A DNA stretch of 64,000 nt from an uncultured Armatimonadetes bacterium (GCA_963717145.1 OY970325.1:4896001-4960000); one strand, 5' to 3'. Counted from the stretch's first letter, positions 32,040 through 43,817 are shown. Program-made: numbers and translations. The notes: generated by a model not told the origin, from the letters alone.

Positions 32040-33401
32040 CGAATTGCTTCACGAACGATGTTACCGAAACGGAAACGTTGCCTCAGATAAGAATGTTACC
32101 GAAACTGAGGCATGGAGAAGATGACAACTGCATCCGTAAGAGAAGTCGTGAGGCGCAAACGCAAAGAATATGGCAAAGCCACCAAATCGGAGAAGAAGCT
32201 GGTATTGAGTGAAGTCCAGGGATTGACCGGTTACCACAGGAAGTCGCTGGTGAGGCTGTTCGCGAAAGGAGTTCCACCAGCGAGGAGTCCAGTGAGACGC
32301 GCAAGGAAGTCGAAATACGAGCCGATAGCCCACAAGCTGAAGACACTCTGGGCTGCGAGTTTCTACGCGTGCGGTAAGCGTCTGCAGCCGTTTCTGACTG
32401 AGTTTCTACCCATACTGGAGTCATTCGGGGAGATAACGGTTACACCAGAAGAAGAGAGGCTGCTTAACTCGATCAGCGCGTCGAGCATCGACAGGTTGAT
32501 GAAGAAGGAGCGGTCTGCCCTATCGCTAACAGGGAGGACCTTAACAAAGCCGGGGACACTGCTTCGGTCTCAGATCCCGGTGAGGACGTTTGCCGACTGG
32601 GATGAAGCTGAGCCTGGGTTCTTCGAGATGGACTTGGTGGGTCATTGCGGAGGTGACGGGAGCGGAGAGTTCCTGTATACTTTGACTATGACTGATGTAG
32701 CGACCGGATGGGTAGCGCTTGATGGAATGAAAGGCCGAGGGGAGCACGGAACCGTGCTTGCGGTGCAGTCCGCGTCCAAGAGCGCACCGTTTGCAGTCAG
32801 AGGCATAGATACCGACAACGGCGGCGAGTTCATCAACCATCACATGAACAAGTACTGTCGAGCGCACAGGATCACGTTTACGCGCAGTCGGCCTTACAAG
32901 AAGAACGATCAATGTCATGTAGAGCAGAAGAACTGGAGCGTAGTCCGGCAGTTTATAGGTTACCGGCGATTCGAGACGGACGAGCAGCTTGCGGTACTAA
33001 AGGCGATATATCCGCTGATCGTGGCGTATCACAACTTCTGTCAGCCCATGATGCGTCTTAAAGAAAAGGAGCGGATTGGGAGTAAAGTGATCAAACGCTA
33101 TGAGCCTGCGATGACGCCGTACCGCAAGCTGATAAGTGTTGAAGGATGGCTTGACGATGAAGCAAAGGATCGCCTCGATAAAGAACGTAGAGCGACGAAC
33201 CCGGTGGAGCTACTAAGACGCATCCACAGGCTATCATCAAAGCTTGACAGGATGCCGAATAAAGACAGATCGAAAGCGAGCAAGGCGCGGCCCTGAGCGG
33301 CGATCAAGAGCCGATCTGACATACTTGAACACACTACTTGGTAACATTATCAATGACGCAACGAATGGCGTTTCGGTAACAAAGTTAAATGAGGCAACAC
33401 G
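32040..33401 (+). mobile_element. rve-type IS, copy 2; transposase 32112-33296
   Basis: Protein identical to 4053-5237. TSD GGTCG at 32035-32039 and 33402-33406. Confidence 0.92.
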
Positions 33402-33417
33402 GGTCGCCGCGAAACAA

Positions 33418-34885
33418 GTAAGAGTTCACGATCGTTGATAGTGAAGTTGTCAGGCTGGATCGGTCGCGAGTGTCTGAGGAACGCCCGCGAGCATTCGCCG
33501 ACATGACTCCATCGCATCTTCACCACGCAAGTGCCAGGTTCCGAATAGACTCATCAGCGCCATGCGGGTCTCAGATCCCTTGGCCGATCGTGTGCCGCCG
33601 CTGATCTTGCGAGCTGTTACCGCAGGCCGGATCGCTCGCTCGGCCGCATTGTTCTCGCTTGGTACTTCCGGACATTCTACGAAGACAAACAGCTCCGGCA
33701 GGAATCTCTCGATCCGCTCAGCGAGTATCCTCTGCGGAACATCCCGCTTCACATATGGTCTGGCGAGTCGAAGCAACTCGTCCTCGAATGCGATTCGCCG
33801 CTTCTGCCGGGCCTTCGAATCATCGCCCGAAAATGCCTTCGCGCGCCTGTAAACGGCCTTGACCTTGCCGGCCCAGACTGCTACCCCTCTCTTGTCAGGG
33901 TTCGCCTCGACGAGCGTTCGCAAGTCCCGCAGGTAGTGCACCCAACACCGCTGATGCCAACCGAGCAGCACGTTGTAGCCGCAGTAGAAGTCGCTTACGA
34001 CTACACCCTCGTAGTCCTCTCCCAGCACGTCTTTTGCGACCTGGCCGCTCCGACTCTTGTTTCGGACGAAGTAGCGCACGCGTGGCGTCGTGAAGCTCCA
34101 GATGTATCCGTTCTTCCCATCTTCCCGCCAGCCGGTCTCATCCGCGTTCACCGTAGGGCTTCCTCTGACTGCTTGCAGAAGTTTCTCTACCTCCGGCTTG
34201 CCCATGGAGGCCACCTTCTGGAGTATCTTCGCGATCTCTCCGAGCCCGAGATGCAGACCGTAGAGCGACTCCAGAAGCTTCTGCACACGCTCAACCGGCA
34301 TTCTGCACACAGTGTGGAGATAGCTCACCAGGCTCATCAGCCTTATGCCCACACGGTGCGTTCCGATTACCTCCCTGGAGAGATCGAGCTTTGGCACATG
34401 CCTCTTGTGGCAGACTCCGCAGTACCGTCCGATCACTCTGTGCTCGATGATCCTCACCGGTATCTCGATTACCTGCCGACTGTGATGCACCGTGCCGCCC
34501 GAGAGCTTCCTTCCGCAGTCGGGACAGGTGTCGAGCGCGTGATCCACGATCTCAGTCGGAGTCTCCCTCAGCCGTGCAAACGACTTCTGCCGCTTCTTGC
34601 GGTCCTTCTTCTTGCGCTCCGGGCGGTTTGCCTTCACAAAGGCCGGTATCGTCCTGCCGCCGCCACCGAGCTTGGAACGGAGTTCTTCATTCTCCTTCTC
34701 AAGCGCTCGGACGCGTTCGGTGAGGGTGTCCACGCCTTCACGCAATTCCAGGACGGCCTGGTGCTGCTCCAGGACGATGCCGATCAGTTCTTCTCTTGAT
34801 AGGTTGCCGAGATCGTTCACAACCTGCCATTCGACAGCCCGCTCCAAGGTTCCTGCCTACGTTATCAATGTTCGTGAACTCTTAC
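33418..34885 (-). mobile_element. IS66-family single-ORF element; transposase 33450-34847
   Basis: GTAAGAGTTCACG inverted repeats; near-identical to 17885-19361. Confidence 0.9.
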
Positions 34886-34889
34886 CAGA

Positions 34890-35050
34890 TGACGGCGGGC
34901 GATACCCCGGCGAGCTGTGCGGAAGCATCCTGTTGTAGCGAGTCCGCTAGCGCTCGATAAGTTCCTTGCCTCGAGCAGGGTATCAAAGACCTCGCCATTC
35001 GGCAACTCATACCTCATCTTACCATTGAAGCTCTGGCAGCAATCTGCTTC
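34890..35050 (-). pseudogene. IS3-family transposase C-terminal remnant
   Basis: SFNGKMRYEL.NGEVFDTLLEAR, followed by a frameshifted YN...PHSS.GYRPP-like sequence. Confidence 0.65.
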
Positions 35051-35088
35051 ACTGTGCGGAACCCGAGTCATGGGCGCATGCCTGTAGT

Positions 35089-36069
35089 TCATGAACGCAT
35101 GCCCTGCAGTTGCTCTGCTATGGCCTTGACAGATTCAAAGCCCTCCTGTTCGAGATCGACAATGTCGCGAATACGCTGTGCGAGACGCTGCTGTAGTTGG
35201 CGATCGTCTGTCCTGCTAAGCTTGAAGAGTAGATTGGCGATCACACGCCATGTGTTAGACAGCTGATTATATATGGCAGCACAGTGCTCTGTAGACAAGG
35301 CAGGCCACCGATGCTGCAATGCTGTGCATAAGTCGTGCATCTGCCCTCGTGTAATACTCAATCCACCTGGTCGGTTCAGCTGGCGGTAGTAATTGTATAA
35401 TGCGGGCATATCGCGGCTTCGCTCTACGTCTCGCATGAAGGCAACCATACCATAGACTCCCTGGTACTCGTTGTCGATGCTTGCGCCACCCAGACGGTCA
35501 ACCGTAATCATCAGCCCGCGTGCGATCGCCTTCTCCGCGGACTCCGACTGCCATATCGTGCGTAGAGATGTATAGTGTATGTCCACTTGTCCATTTCGAT
35601 CCACGGCTTTGCAGAATACCTGAGGGTTCAGTCGGTAACGCCCGTTATCGAAAAATAGCACCTGATCTTCTCTCACATCGAGTATGGGGACCACGCTCCA
35701 ATAGGAGGCAATGCCGGCGTACTCCGTGTGAGCCAGGTAGAAGTCGTTTATCCATACCAGAGGGATATGGTCTTGCTCCAGCAACTCGCGCAAGGATTGC
35801 AAGCACTCTTTTCCAGTAGCCAATTGAACATGTGTGAGTGGCTGAGCCAGGCAGTGCATGAACCTGGCAAATAAGTCCTCGTGGGTGCCGCTTCTACCAT
35901 GAACTACCTCCTTTGATGGTACGGCAACAGCTGAGTAGTAGAATCCCCAGTACCCCAGCATCGCTGCCAGCGTGCTCTCCGACATATCCAGATGGTAACA
36001 CTGGAGGTAACACCGCAGATTCACCAGGAAGCAGAATACCCCTGTCTCATCAAAATATGCTCTGCTCAT
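35089..36069 (-). CDS. Second BtrH-like protein
   Basis: FCFLVN, INDFYLAH and FFDN motifs plus a W..IANLLFK helical tail, paralleling 21302-22417. Confidence 0.6.
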   Translation of the reverse strand: MSRAYFDETGVFCFLVNLRCYLQCYHLDMSESTLAAMLGYWGFYYSAVAVPSKEVVHGRSGTHEDLFARFMHCLAQPLTHVQLATGKECLQSLRELLEQDHIPLVWINDFYLAHTEYAGIASYWSVVPILDVREDQVLFFDNGRYRLNPQVFCKAVDRNGQVDIHYTSLRTIWQSESAEKAIARGLMITVDRLGGASIDNEYQGVYGMVAFMRDVERSRDMPALYNYYRQLNRPGGLSITRGQMHDLCTALQHRWPALSTEHCAAIYNQLSNTWRVIANLLFKLSRTDDRQLQQRLAQRIRDIVDLEQEGFESVKAIAEQLQGMRS

Positions 36070-36226
36070 ACAGGTAGTTGGCTAGTTAAGCCACCCTCGC
36101 CACTGCCGTACATCTCGTAGGTGATCACTAGATGATCGGAGCACAGATTGAAGATCAGCGGCAGTGTTGTATATGAACGTTCAAGATGGCGGCCATTCTA
36201 CAGATGAGTCACTTCCTCACATCCAT

Positions 36227-37162
36227 CTAGGCCCCTGGATGGTCTGTGCCCATTGTCGGCATCTGTCCCGTAGCCCATCGCATGAAGGCATCAACACCGA
36301 TTCCGCCAGTGACGAACTTGTGGAACAACAGGATGTTCTCATCGTGATGCTTCTCATAGAAATAGGCACTTGTCTCAGAGTGCTCGGCATCAAACGTCCG
36401 CCGATAATGGGCAAGGTGATAGTTCGTGGCCTGTGGGCAGTAGCCGAACGGCCTGTTCTGGTTGAAGAGGCGATAACCTAGCTCAACATCCTCACAACCC
36501 CAACTGCGTCCGAATCCCTCATCAAACCCTCCCGCCTGTTCAACCCATGCCTTATGCACTGCCATGTTGCCACCGATAAAACCAATCCAAGGTGCCTGCG
36601 CCCCTTCGCGCGTCAGCACAGTCTCAATAATCCGCTCGATCGCGGAACGCCTCTGATAGCAGGACACCTTCTGATCAAAACGTTCACGCACATCCGCTTC
36701 ACTAAGGCATTGCTCTCGCAGCGCATCATAATGAGCAGCCGTCGCAGCAACTTCCGGGTAAAACACACCATGCGTGGGATCGGCGAAGAACTTCAGATGC
36801 GCCAGGTTCACGGTTCTCCCGTGGACAGCGCGCAGTTGTTGCTCTTGCATATCTACATGTGCGGCTATGAACTCCGGACACAGCAGTACGTCATCATCCG
36901 TGAAGATCAGTAACTCATGTACGGCCTTAGCGATTCCGGCGTTGCGCGCAGCGGCTCGTCCTTTATTGTGCTGCGAGATCGCCGTCCACCGGAATGGTAG
37001 CTCGAGTTGGCGCAGAAACTGCGCCGTCCCATCGGTCGACCCATCATCGACAAAGATGACCTCGACATCATCATGCAGGCACGATTGGTTGACCAGCGAC
37101 GCCGCCATCAACACTAATCGCGATATTTTGTTGAATGTCGGGACGATCACTGATGCTTTCAT
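36227..37162 (-). CDS. Glycosyltransferase family 2
   Basis: SVIVPTFN, VDDGSTD, FTDDD and GGFDE...WGCEDVELGYRL motifs. Confidence 0.9.
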   Translation of the reverse strand: MKASVIVPTFNKISRLVLMAASLVNQSCLHDDVEVIFVDDGSTDGTAQFLRQLELPFRWTAISQHNKGRAAARNAGIAKAVHELLIFTDDDVLLCPEFIAAHVDMQEQQLRAVHGRTVNLAHLKFFADPTHGVFYPEVAATAAHYDALREQCLSEADVRERFDQKVSCYQRRSAIERIIETVLTREGAQAPWIGFIGGNMAVHKAWVEQAGGFDEGFGRSWGCEDVELGYRLFNQNRPFGYCPQATNYHLAHYRRTFDAEHSETSAYFYEKHHDENILLFHKFVTGGIGVDAFMRWATGQMPTMGTDHPGA

Positions 37163-37190
37163 AGCAGTTATCTGGCTGAGAAGTAGCACG

Positions 37191-39000
37191 TCAGAGGCTA
37201 CGGAACTGTGCCGTACCAAAGCCAATCTGTGCAGCCTCTTGCACCAACACATCCTCAAGTTTCCCTCTGAAATACGCTCGATTATATGCGTCAATCATCT
37301 GAGAGATCCGAGCTTCCAATGCCCCAGCGAACTCCTTCTGGGCCGGTTGATAAGCGCCCAAATGTGCGACGCTTTCCAGTAAGATATCGACCACAAGGTG
37401 ACCAAGATTGTGCCGCCACCGACCGACAGCCTGGACAAAAGCCAGAAAATGAGCCATCTCATCGTCGGTCGATGAGAAACGAGTTTCCCTCGCATGGGTG
37501 CGCCAATGAGCTAGCATTGCAGGGAACACCTCATCCGCCCAGAAAGACAACCGATTCGTCTGGAGCACTAGTACGTTCCAAGTATCCCGGATGAACGGGT
37601 CGATGATCTCGTACGGACGGCTCGAAGATTCGTCGGCAGAAGCTCATCAGCTGCTCGGGATCATCCATATTCTCTCGAACCTGCCAAGGATCAACACGGG
37701 ATATCAGACCGTCAGTGAGCAACTGTGATTCAATCGCTGTACCAGGAAATACAATTACTTGATTGAACAAATATAAGGGCGAAAAAAAAGGAGAATTCTC
37801 GATGCACATGTCCGTTTCGCTGATGAACTGAACCGTTTCCCGGTATTCTTGAATGGTGGTATATGGATCGACAAGGATCATGGATGTCTCCAAATGAAAC
37901 CCTTGTTTTCGCATGAACTCAATCGCATGGCGATTCTGTGCAACTGTCGTTCCTTTTCGATAGCGATTCAAGGTGCTCTGTGCACCGGATTCAATGCCGA
38001 GGAACACATCCTGCAATCCAGCAGTTCTCAATAGGGTGAATAGTTCCGGGTCGAGACTGATATCGACACGGACTTCTATCCAAAATCTCAGCCTCATTTT
38101 GTTGTCAAGAATGCGATGTGCGAGTTCATACAACCGTTGATGCCCAGAATCCCCGTAGCCGAAAAAGTTTTCATCAATGATCGTCAGATACTCAATACCA
38201 AACTCTCGTACCAAGTACTCAATCTCTTCAAATACCGAATCAACCGAACGACAGCGCCATGCCGTAGGTACAAGGGCTGCACATGCCGGTGCCCCGCAGT
38301 ATGTACACCGACCACGACATCCCCGGCTGGTGAAGATGGAGGCTGTACGGAGGGTGATTCCATCACGCAGTAAGCGCTCCTTGAGCTCTGCAAACGTATC
38401 GCGGGCGGCAAAGGGAAGGCTCGATAGATCCTCAACCACCGGCCCGCACGCGTTGACTACAACACGTGTGCCATCCCGCCAAGCCAGACCAGGTAGGTCT
38501 TGCCACTCCTCTCCCCGCTTCAAACGTTCAAGGAGGCGTATCAGGGTGACCTCTCCCTCTCCCCGAACAACCGAGTCGAATTCAGGAATTCCGGCCAGCA
38601 GATACTCATATGTCATTGTCGCAAACGGACCGCCTATGCTGATATGCCCGTGGTAGCCACGTTGCCTCAGAGCACGTGCAATCCGACACGCCTCAACCGT
38701 ATGCAGGTCATATAGCAGGCTGATACCGACAAGCGGTGGGTTGATGGCCAGCACCCGATCACAAACATCATCGATATCCAGATCATGCAGATGGGCGCTC
38801 AATATCTGAACAGTGTAGCCGTATGAACGCGCATAGGAAGCCAGACAGCATAAACCGAGATTATCCTTCAGGAACTTGGCGTAGACTGCATTCATTGGTC
38901 CGCCCGTGAAAACTTCGACATCATTTCTGACATTCTTCTCTCGAAACAATGTCTTATCGCGAAGCGATGTCTCCTTTGGGGCGATTAATATGACATCCAT
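37191..39000 (-). pseudogene. B12-dependent radical SAM enzyme, copy B, with +1 frameshift near 37626
   Basis: B12-binding domain and SRGCRGRCTYC. One extra base relative to the paralog (CTCGAAGATT vs CTCGAGATT) splits off ORF 37191-37568. Confidence 0.85.
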
Positions 39001-39179
39001 TTGATCTGCTCCATGGTCAGCTCACAGGCAAGCGGCTCTTCAGATGGATCCGTCTTCCAGTGAAGGCCTCACGCGGCACGAGACTGTGCCAGCGCATCCT
39101 GCAATGAATCGTACTATAACCTGTCTGAACGCTCTATCTGCGCCATTCCTCTTGATAACCACATCGGTGAATTGACTCG

Positions 39180-41027
39180 TCAACACTGTGGCTGATCCAA
39201 GTATGAACAAAGCTGAGGTTGGCCATAGCAGCCTATTCTTGCTGCCACTCTGGCTAATAATCCGTCAAGCTCCTCGCCGAAACACGCCCGGTTGTAGCAA
39301 TCGATCATCTCTGCGATCCGGGTGCTTAGGGCAAGAGCAAACCCGGGATATATGGGCCGACGGCTGTCGGTGCATTCGATACTTTGGCGCATCATGTCCA
39401 TCACCAGCGAGCCCAAATCGTGCCGCCAACGACCGGCAGCATGGACAAAAGATGTATACCGCTCTGTCTCTGTGTCAGCCGACACGGCGCGCCTTTGTTT
39501 TGTATATAGCCGCCAATGACCAAGCAAGGCAGGGAAGATATCATCGTCTAGCAGTGCAAGACGGTTACTCTGGGTAGCTAGGACGTCCCAGATATCCCGG
39601 ATGAACGGATCGATGATCTCGTACGGACGGCTCGAGATTCGTCGGCAGAAGCTCATCAGCTGCTCGGGATCATCCATATTCTCTCGAACCTGCCAAGGAT
39701 CAACACGGGATATCAGACCGTCAGTGAGCAACTGTGATTCAATCGCTGTACCAGGAAATACGACTAGTCGGTTGAATAAAAACAAAGGAAAAGCTTCCCG
39801 ATGAATCTCCATCTCTTCGATGAATTGAACCGTTTCCCGGTATTCTTGAATGGTGGTATATGGATCGACAAGGATCATCGCCAACTCCCGATGAAACCCT
39901 TGTTTTCGCATGAACTCAATCGCATGGCGATTCTGTGCAACTGTCGTTCCTTTTCGATAGCGATTCAAGGTGCTCTGTGCACCGGATTCAATGCCGAGGA
40001 GCACATCCTGCAATCCAGCAGTTCTCAATAGGGTGAATAGTTCCGGGTCGAGACTGATATCGACACGGACTTGCACCCAAAATCTCAGCCTCATTTTGTT
40101 GTCAAGAATGCGATGTGCGAGTTCATACAACCGTTGATGCCCGGAATCCCCGTAGCCGAAAAAGTTTTCATCAATGATCGTCAGATACTCAATACCAAAC
40201 TCTCGTACCAAGTACTCAATCTCTTCAAATACCGAATCAACCGAACGACAGCGCCATGCCGTAGGTACAAGGGCTGCACATGCCGGTGCCCCGCAGTATG
40301 TACACCGACCACGACATCCCCGGCTGGTGAAGATGGAGGCTGTACGGAGGGTGATTCCATCACGCAGTAAGCGCTCCTTGAGCTCTGCAAACGTATCGCG
40401 GGCGGCAAAGGGAAGGCTCGATAGATCCTCGACCACCGGCCCGCACGCGTTGACTACAACACGTGTGCCATCCCGCCAAGCCAGACCAGGTAGGTCTTGC
40501 CACTCCTCTCCCCGCTTCAAACGTTCAAGGAGGCGTATCAGGGTGACCTCTCCCTCTCCCCGAACAACCGAGTCGAATTCAGGAATTCCGGCCAGCAGAT
40601 ACTCATATGTCATTGTCGCAAACGGACCGCCTATGCTGATATGCCCGTGGTAGCCACGTTGCCTCAGAGCACGTGCAATCCGACACGCCTCAACCGTATG
40701 CAGGTCATATAGCAGGCTGATACCGACAAGCGGTGGGTTGATGGCCAGCACCCGATCACAAACATCATCGATATCCAGATCATGCAGATGGGCGCTCAAT
40801 ATCTGAACAGTGTAGCCGTATGAACGCGCATAGGAAGCCAGACAGCATAAACCGAGATTATCCTTCAGTACCTTGACATAGACGCTACTCATGGGACTGC
40901 CGGACAATCTGTCGTAGTCATTCTTCGTTATACCGTCGCGGAACAAGACAGAATTCCGCAGGGACAATTCACGAGGCCCTATCAATATGGCATCCACTTG
41001 GCTTATATCCTCTGCCCCGTCACACAC
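39180..41027 (-). CDS. B12-dependent radical SAM enzyme, copy A
   Basis: LGLCCLAS, GGPFAT, GEGE, SRGCRGRCTYC, IDENF and GIESG motifs. Confidence 0.92.
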   Translation of the reverse strand: MCDGAEDISQVDAILIGPRELSLRNSVLFRDGITKNDYDRLSGSPMSSVYVKVLKDNLGLCCLASYARSYGYTVQILSAHLHDLDIDDVCDRVLAINPPLVGISLLYDLHTVEACRIARALRQRGYHGHISIGGPFATMTYEYLLAGIPEFDSVVRGEGEVTLIRLLERLKRGEEWQDLPGLAWRDGTRVVVNACGPVVEDLSSLPFAARDTFAELKERLLRDGITLRTASIFTSRGCRGRCTYCGAPACAALVPTAWRCRSVDSVFEEIEYLVREFGIEYLTIIDENFFGYGDSGHQRLYELAHRILDNKMRLRFWVQVRVDISLDPELFTLLRTAGLQDVLLGIESGAQSTLNRYRKGTTVAQNRHAIEFMRKQGFHRELAMILVDPYTTIQEYRETVQFIEEMEIHREAFPLFLFNRLVVFPGTAIESQLLTDGLISRVDPWQVRENMDDPEQLMSFCRRISSRPYEIIDPFIRDIWDVLATQSNRLALLDDDIFPALLGHWRLYTKQRRAVSADTETERYTSFVHAAGRWRHDLGSLVMDMMRQSIECTDSRRPIYPGFALALSTRIAEMIDCYNRACFGEELDGLLARVAARIGCYGQPQLCSYLDQPQC

Positions 41028-41752
41028 CAGATGCGCTCATATTGGCCGCCTTGACCAAGAATACTGGCGTGCTCAATAAGTCTTTCGATCTCTCTGGGCC
41101 CAATCTGGCTCTGGTACTGCCCCACTAACTCGCGCTTCCTCTCGATCCACCCATCGACGGGAATCAGATGTTCGACGAGGCGCCATCCCGCAGATGCCAA
41201 AGTGTCCAACGCACGCTCCACCCAAGGGGGGTGGAGCGCATAGGGCAATTCCTCATAGAGGAACAGCGTTGGCCTATCCTTCACCGGTAAGCCCTGCCAC
41301 CAGGACAATCCGGCCTCACGCGCGAGCACATGGTCAACATGAGCCCCGATTCCCAGCGGAAGCCCTATCTGATTTGGCAGCGCCGCATTGTATATCCGAG
41401 AGAACCCCACTATAATGGTATCATACACTTCACGTTCAGCCTCCGGAATGTCAGAACTCGTAAAACTGCAGCCCAGAATGTCGCGCAGCCGCTGATAGCC
41501 ACGCAAGTAGGCATCCGGCAACGCTTCGAATTGCAGTGCTACGCTCGACATCTCAGAGAAGCGTTGCTCCTCGTCTAGGATCCGTTGCCGAGCCTCCGCA
41601 CGGGACTCGGGAAGAATTGTATACTCCTGCACTGTAAAGATATCCCATACGATCACCTGCGATCGACGGGGTTGTACAATGCTGGCGCCCAGTGAGAAAC
41701 AAGCGTCATCACAATGTGGGGATGTAAGCAGGATCGTATTACTCATATCCAC
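41003..41752 (-). CDS. PIG-L family de-N-acetylase
   Basis: SPHCDD, HVDH, YEELPY and YQSQ motifs. Confidence 0.88.
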   Translation of the reverse strand: MDMSNTILLTSPHCDDACFSLGASIVQPRRSQVIVWDIFTVQEYTILPESRAEARQRILDEEQRFSEMSSVALQFEALPDAYLRGYQRLRDILGCSFTSSDIPEAEREVYDTIIVGFSRIYNAALPNQIGLPLGIGAHVDHVLAREAGLSWWQGLPVKDRPTLFLYEELPYALHPPWVERALDTLASAGWRLVEHLIPVDGWIERKRELVGQYQSQIGPREIERLIEHASILGQGGQYERIWCVTGQRI

Positions 41753-42560
41753 CTGATATCATGCACCGACGCGGTGCCTCTGAGAGTTCACTGATCCTGA
41801 CCGAATCAGACTGGTCACCATGATGAAAGGCTTCAATCGTCGCATAGCCGTCATAGCTCACGGAGTACGGGGCAGCGAATGTCGTGGGCCAATCGAAATC
41901 GCCTTGTCCGATAGCCGCAAACTCGGTAAACAACTTGCGAACCCTCCGGATATCGGTGACATGTAGCTTGCGAATCCAATGATCTAGTGCTTCGACCCAG
42001 TGGCGTGGGTAGCCGGCCAAGCAGGCATTCCGGGTATCCAGACAAGCCGCGACACTGGAACTGTCGAGGGTATCAATGAATCCAGCAAATTCTAGTGGGC
42101 TCAACAGGAAGCCTTGCCAGTCATTCTCAAGGCAGATGACCACGCCAAGCGCTTGAGCCCGGCGCGCCCAAAAGTCATAGTGCTCTGAGGCACGCTGGTA
42201 AACTGCTCGATAGCTGACATCAGAGGTAACCTTGCCGGGAGCGAGTTGGACGGTCGGGATCCCCAACTCGGCGGCGATTCGGCACGCGTAGTCACGCTCC
42301 TCAGTGTCATCCACCGTGATGCGGACGGTGTTGAACAACAGCGCTGACAGACTGCTCAAGAATGCACCGGTTTTTGGGGTTGCCTTACGCAGTGCGGTGA
42401 GTCCCGCTATCGTTGTATAGAAACTAATCAGACCGCTGGCGTCGAAGCTTATCTCCAAGGCATCAAAGCCTGCATGCCGAGCCAACGCTGCGGCATCGCT
42501 AGTGGAAAGCTCCCCAGTCTGACCCCCGGCAAATGCACAGATAGTAATAGCGGTCTTCGT
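41739..42560 (-). CDS. Sugar-phosphate isomerase/epimerase (TIM barrel), apparent start codon ACG
   Basis: LEN, DTRN, H.TD and IG.GD.DW motifs. The frame extends to an ACG at 42560 behind a GAGGTG RBS. Confidence 0.7.
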   Translation of the reverse strand, partial: TKTAITICAFAGGQTGELSTSDAAALARHAGFDALEISFDASGLISFYTTIAGLTALRKATPKTGAFLSSLSALLFNTVRITVDDTEERDYACRIAAELGIPTVQLAPGKVTSDVSYRAVYQRASEHYDFWARRAQALGVVICLENDWQGFLLSPLEFAGFIDTLDSSSVAACLDTRNACLAGYPRHWVEALDHWIRKLHVTDIRRVRKLFTEFAAIGQGDFDWPTTFAAPYSVSYDGYATIEAFHHGDQSDSVRISELSEAPRRCMISGGYE

Positions 42561-42566
42561 AGCAGA

Positions 42567-43817
42567 TCACCTCACCAACTCCTGAAGATGCAGGCGGATT
42601 TTTGTGATTGCTCCGGCGATCTCTTCCATATCATGGCGATCACCGAGCAACAGGTTCTGTGGCAGCCAGACGGCTTCACGACAGATCTGCTCAGCGACGT
42701 GACAGCGGTCGGCATACGCGGAAGAAACATCCTCACTGAACCCAAACAGCGGATTCCTATAGATTGGATGTGAATAACCCTCGGTGCATGGAATGCCTTC
42801 TGCATTCAGCGCCACGACGAACCGCCTACGACTGAGCCCCGGCCAGGCATCCCGCTGGAAACGGAAGGCAAACAGGTGAAAGATCGGATTTGTGGCACGG
42901 GGATCGAGGTGTTTGACCAGGATTCCCTCCATGCCGCTCAGAAACTCCGTCAGGTACGCCGCATTCGCCGCACGGGTTGCACGTTGGACGTCAAAGCGGC
43001 GCAGCTGTGCGCAAGCCACCGCAGCTTGCAACTCTGTTAACCGGTAGTTCCACCCCAACTCCGAATGCGTATACCAGGGGCTGCCGAAAGCTCTTCCCAG
43101 GGTGTGCAGTGCATAGAGTTTGTGGTAATGATCTTCGCTGTTGGTAACAACGACTCCACCTTCGCCACATGTGAGATTCTTCGACCCTTGCAGGCTAAAG
43201 CATCCGATGTCACCCATTGAGCCGATCGGACGTCCGCACCAACTCGCGTTCACGGCTTGTGCTGCATCTTCTATCACGGATAGTCCGTGCCGTTCGGCCA
43301 AGGTGCACAGGGTATCCATCTCGCATGGCTGCCCTGCAAAATGCACCGCGATGATGGCGCGTGTCTTATCGGTAAGGTGGTCTGGGATGTCGTGAACGTT
43401 CAGATTCCATGTATCGGGACATATGTCGACAAACACCGGAACAGCGCCCGCGTGGAGAATGCATGTAGCGCTAGAAATGAAGGAATACGGCGACACAACG
43501 ACTTCGTCGCCTCGCTGGATATCCACACAACTGACCGCCATGTCTAATGCTGCAGTGCCGCTAGCGACAGCCAACGCGTAGCGGGCGGCGTGCCGCTGGG
43601 CAAAGGCCTGCTCCAGCCGCTCAAGATAGCCATCATTGTTCCCTTGTGGAGATTGCCTTGCCAAACTCACCCGTGACCAACGACCAAGACGCAGGGCATC
43701 CAACATTGCTGACTCATCACTCGCATCCCATTGCGGCCAGGCTGGGAACGGTTTGGACTTTACCTTCTGTCCTCCACATATCGCTAGCTTGCACGTATCT
43801 CGCTCAAGATAGGGCAT
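42567..43817 (-). CDS. DegT/DnrJ/EryC1/StrS PLP aminotransferase (RifK/BtrR-like)
   Basis: FPAWPQW, SGTAAL, EDAAQA, FSLQGSKNLTCGEGG and GWNYRL motifs. Confidence 0.93.
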   Translation of the reverse strand: MPYLERDTCKLAICGGQKVKSKPFPAWPQWDASDESAMLDALRLGRWSRVSLARQSPQGNNDGYLERLEQAFAQRHAARYALAVASGTAALDMAVSCVDIQRGDEVVVSPYSFISSATCILHAGAVPVFVDICPDTWNLNVHDIPDHLTDKTRAIIAVHFAGQPCEMDTLCTLAERHGLSVIEDAAQAVNASWCGRPIGSMGDIGCFSLQGSKNLTCGEGGVVVTNSEDHYHKLYALHTLGRAFGSPWYTHSELGWNYRLTELQAAVACAQLRRFDVQRATRAANAAYLTEFLSGMEGILVKHLDPRATNPIFHLFAFRFQRDAWPGLSRRRFVVALNAEGIPCTEGYSHPIYRNPLFGFSEDVSSAYADRCHVAEQICREAVWLPQNLLLGDRHDMEEIAGAITKIRLHLQELVR

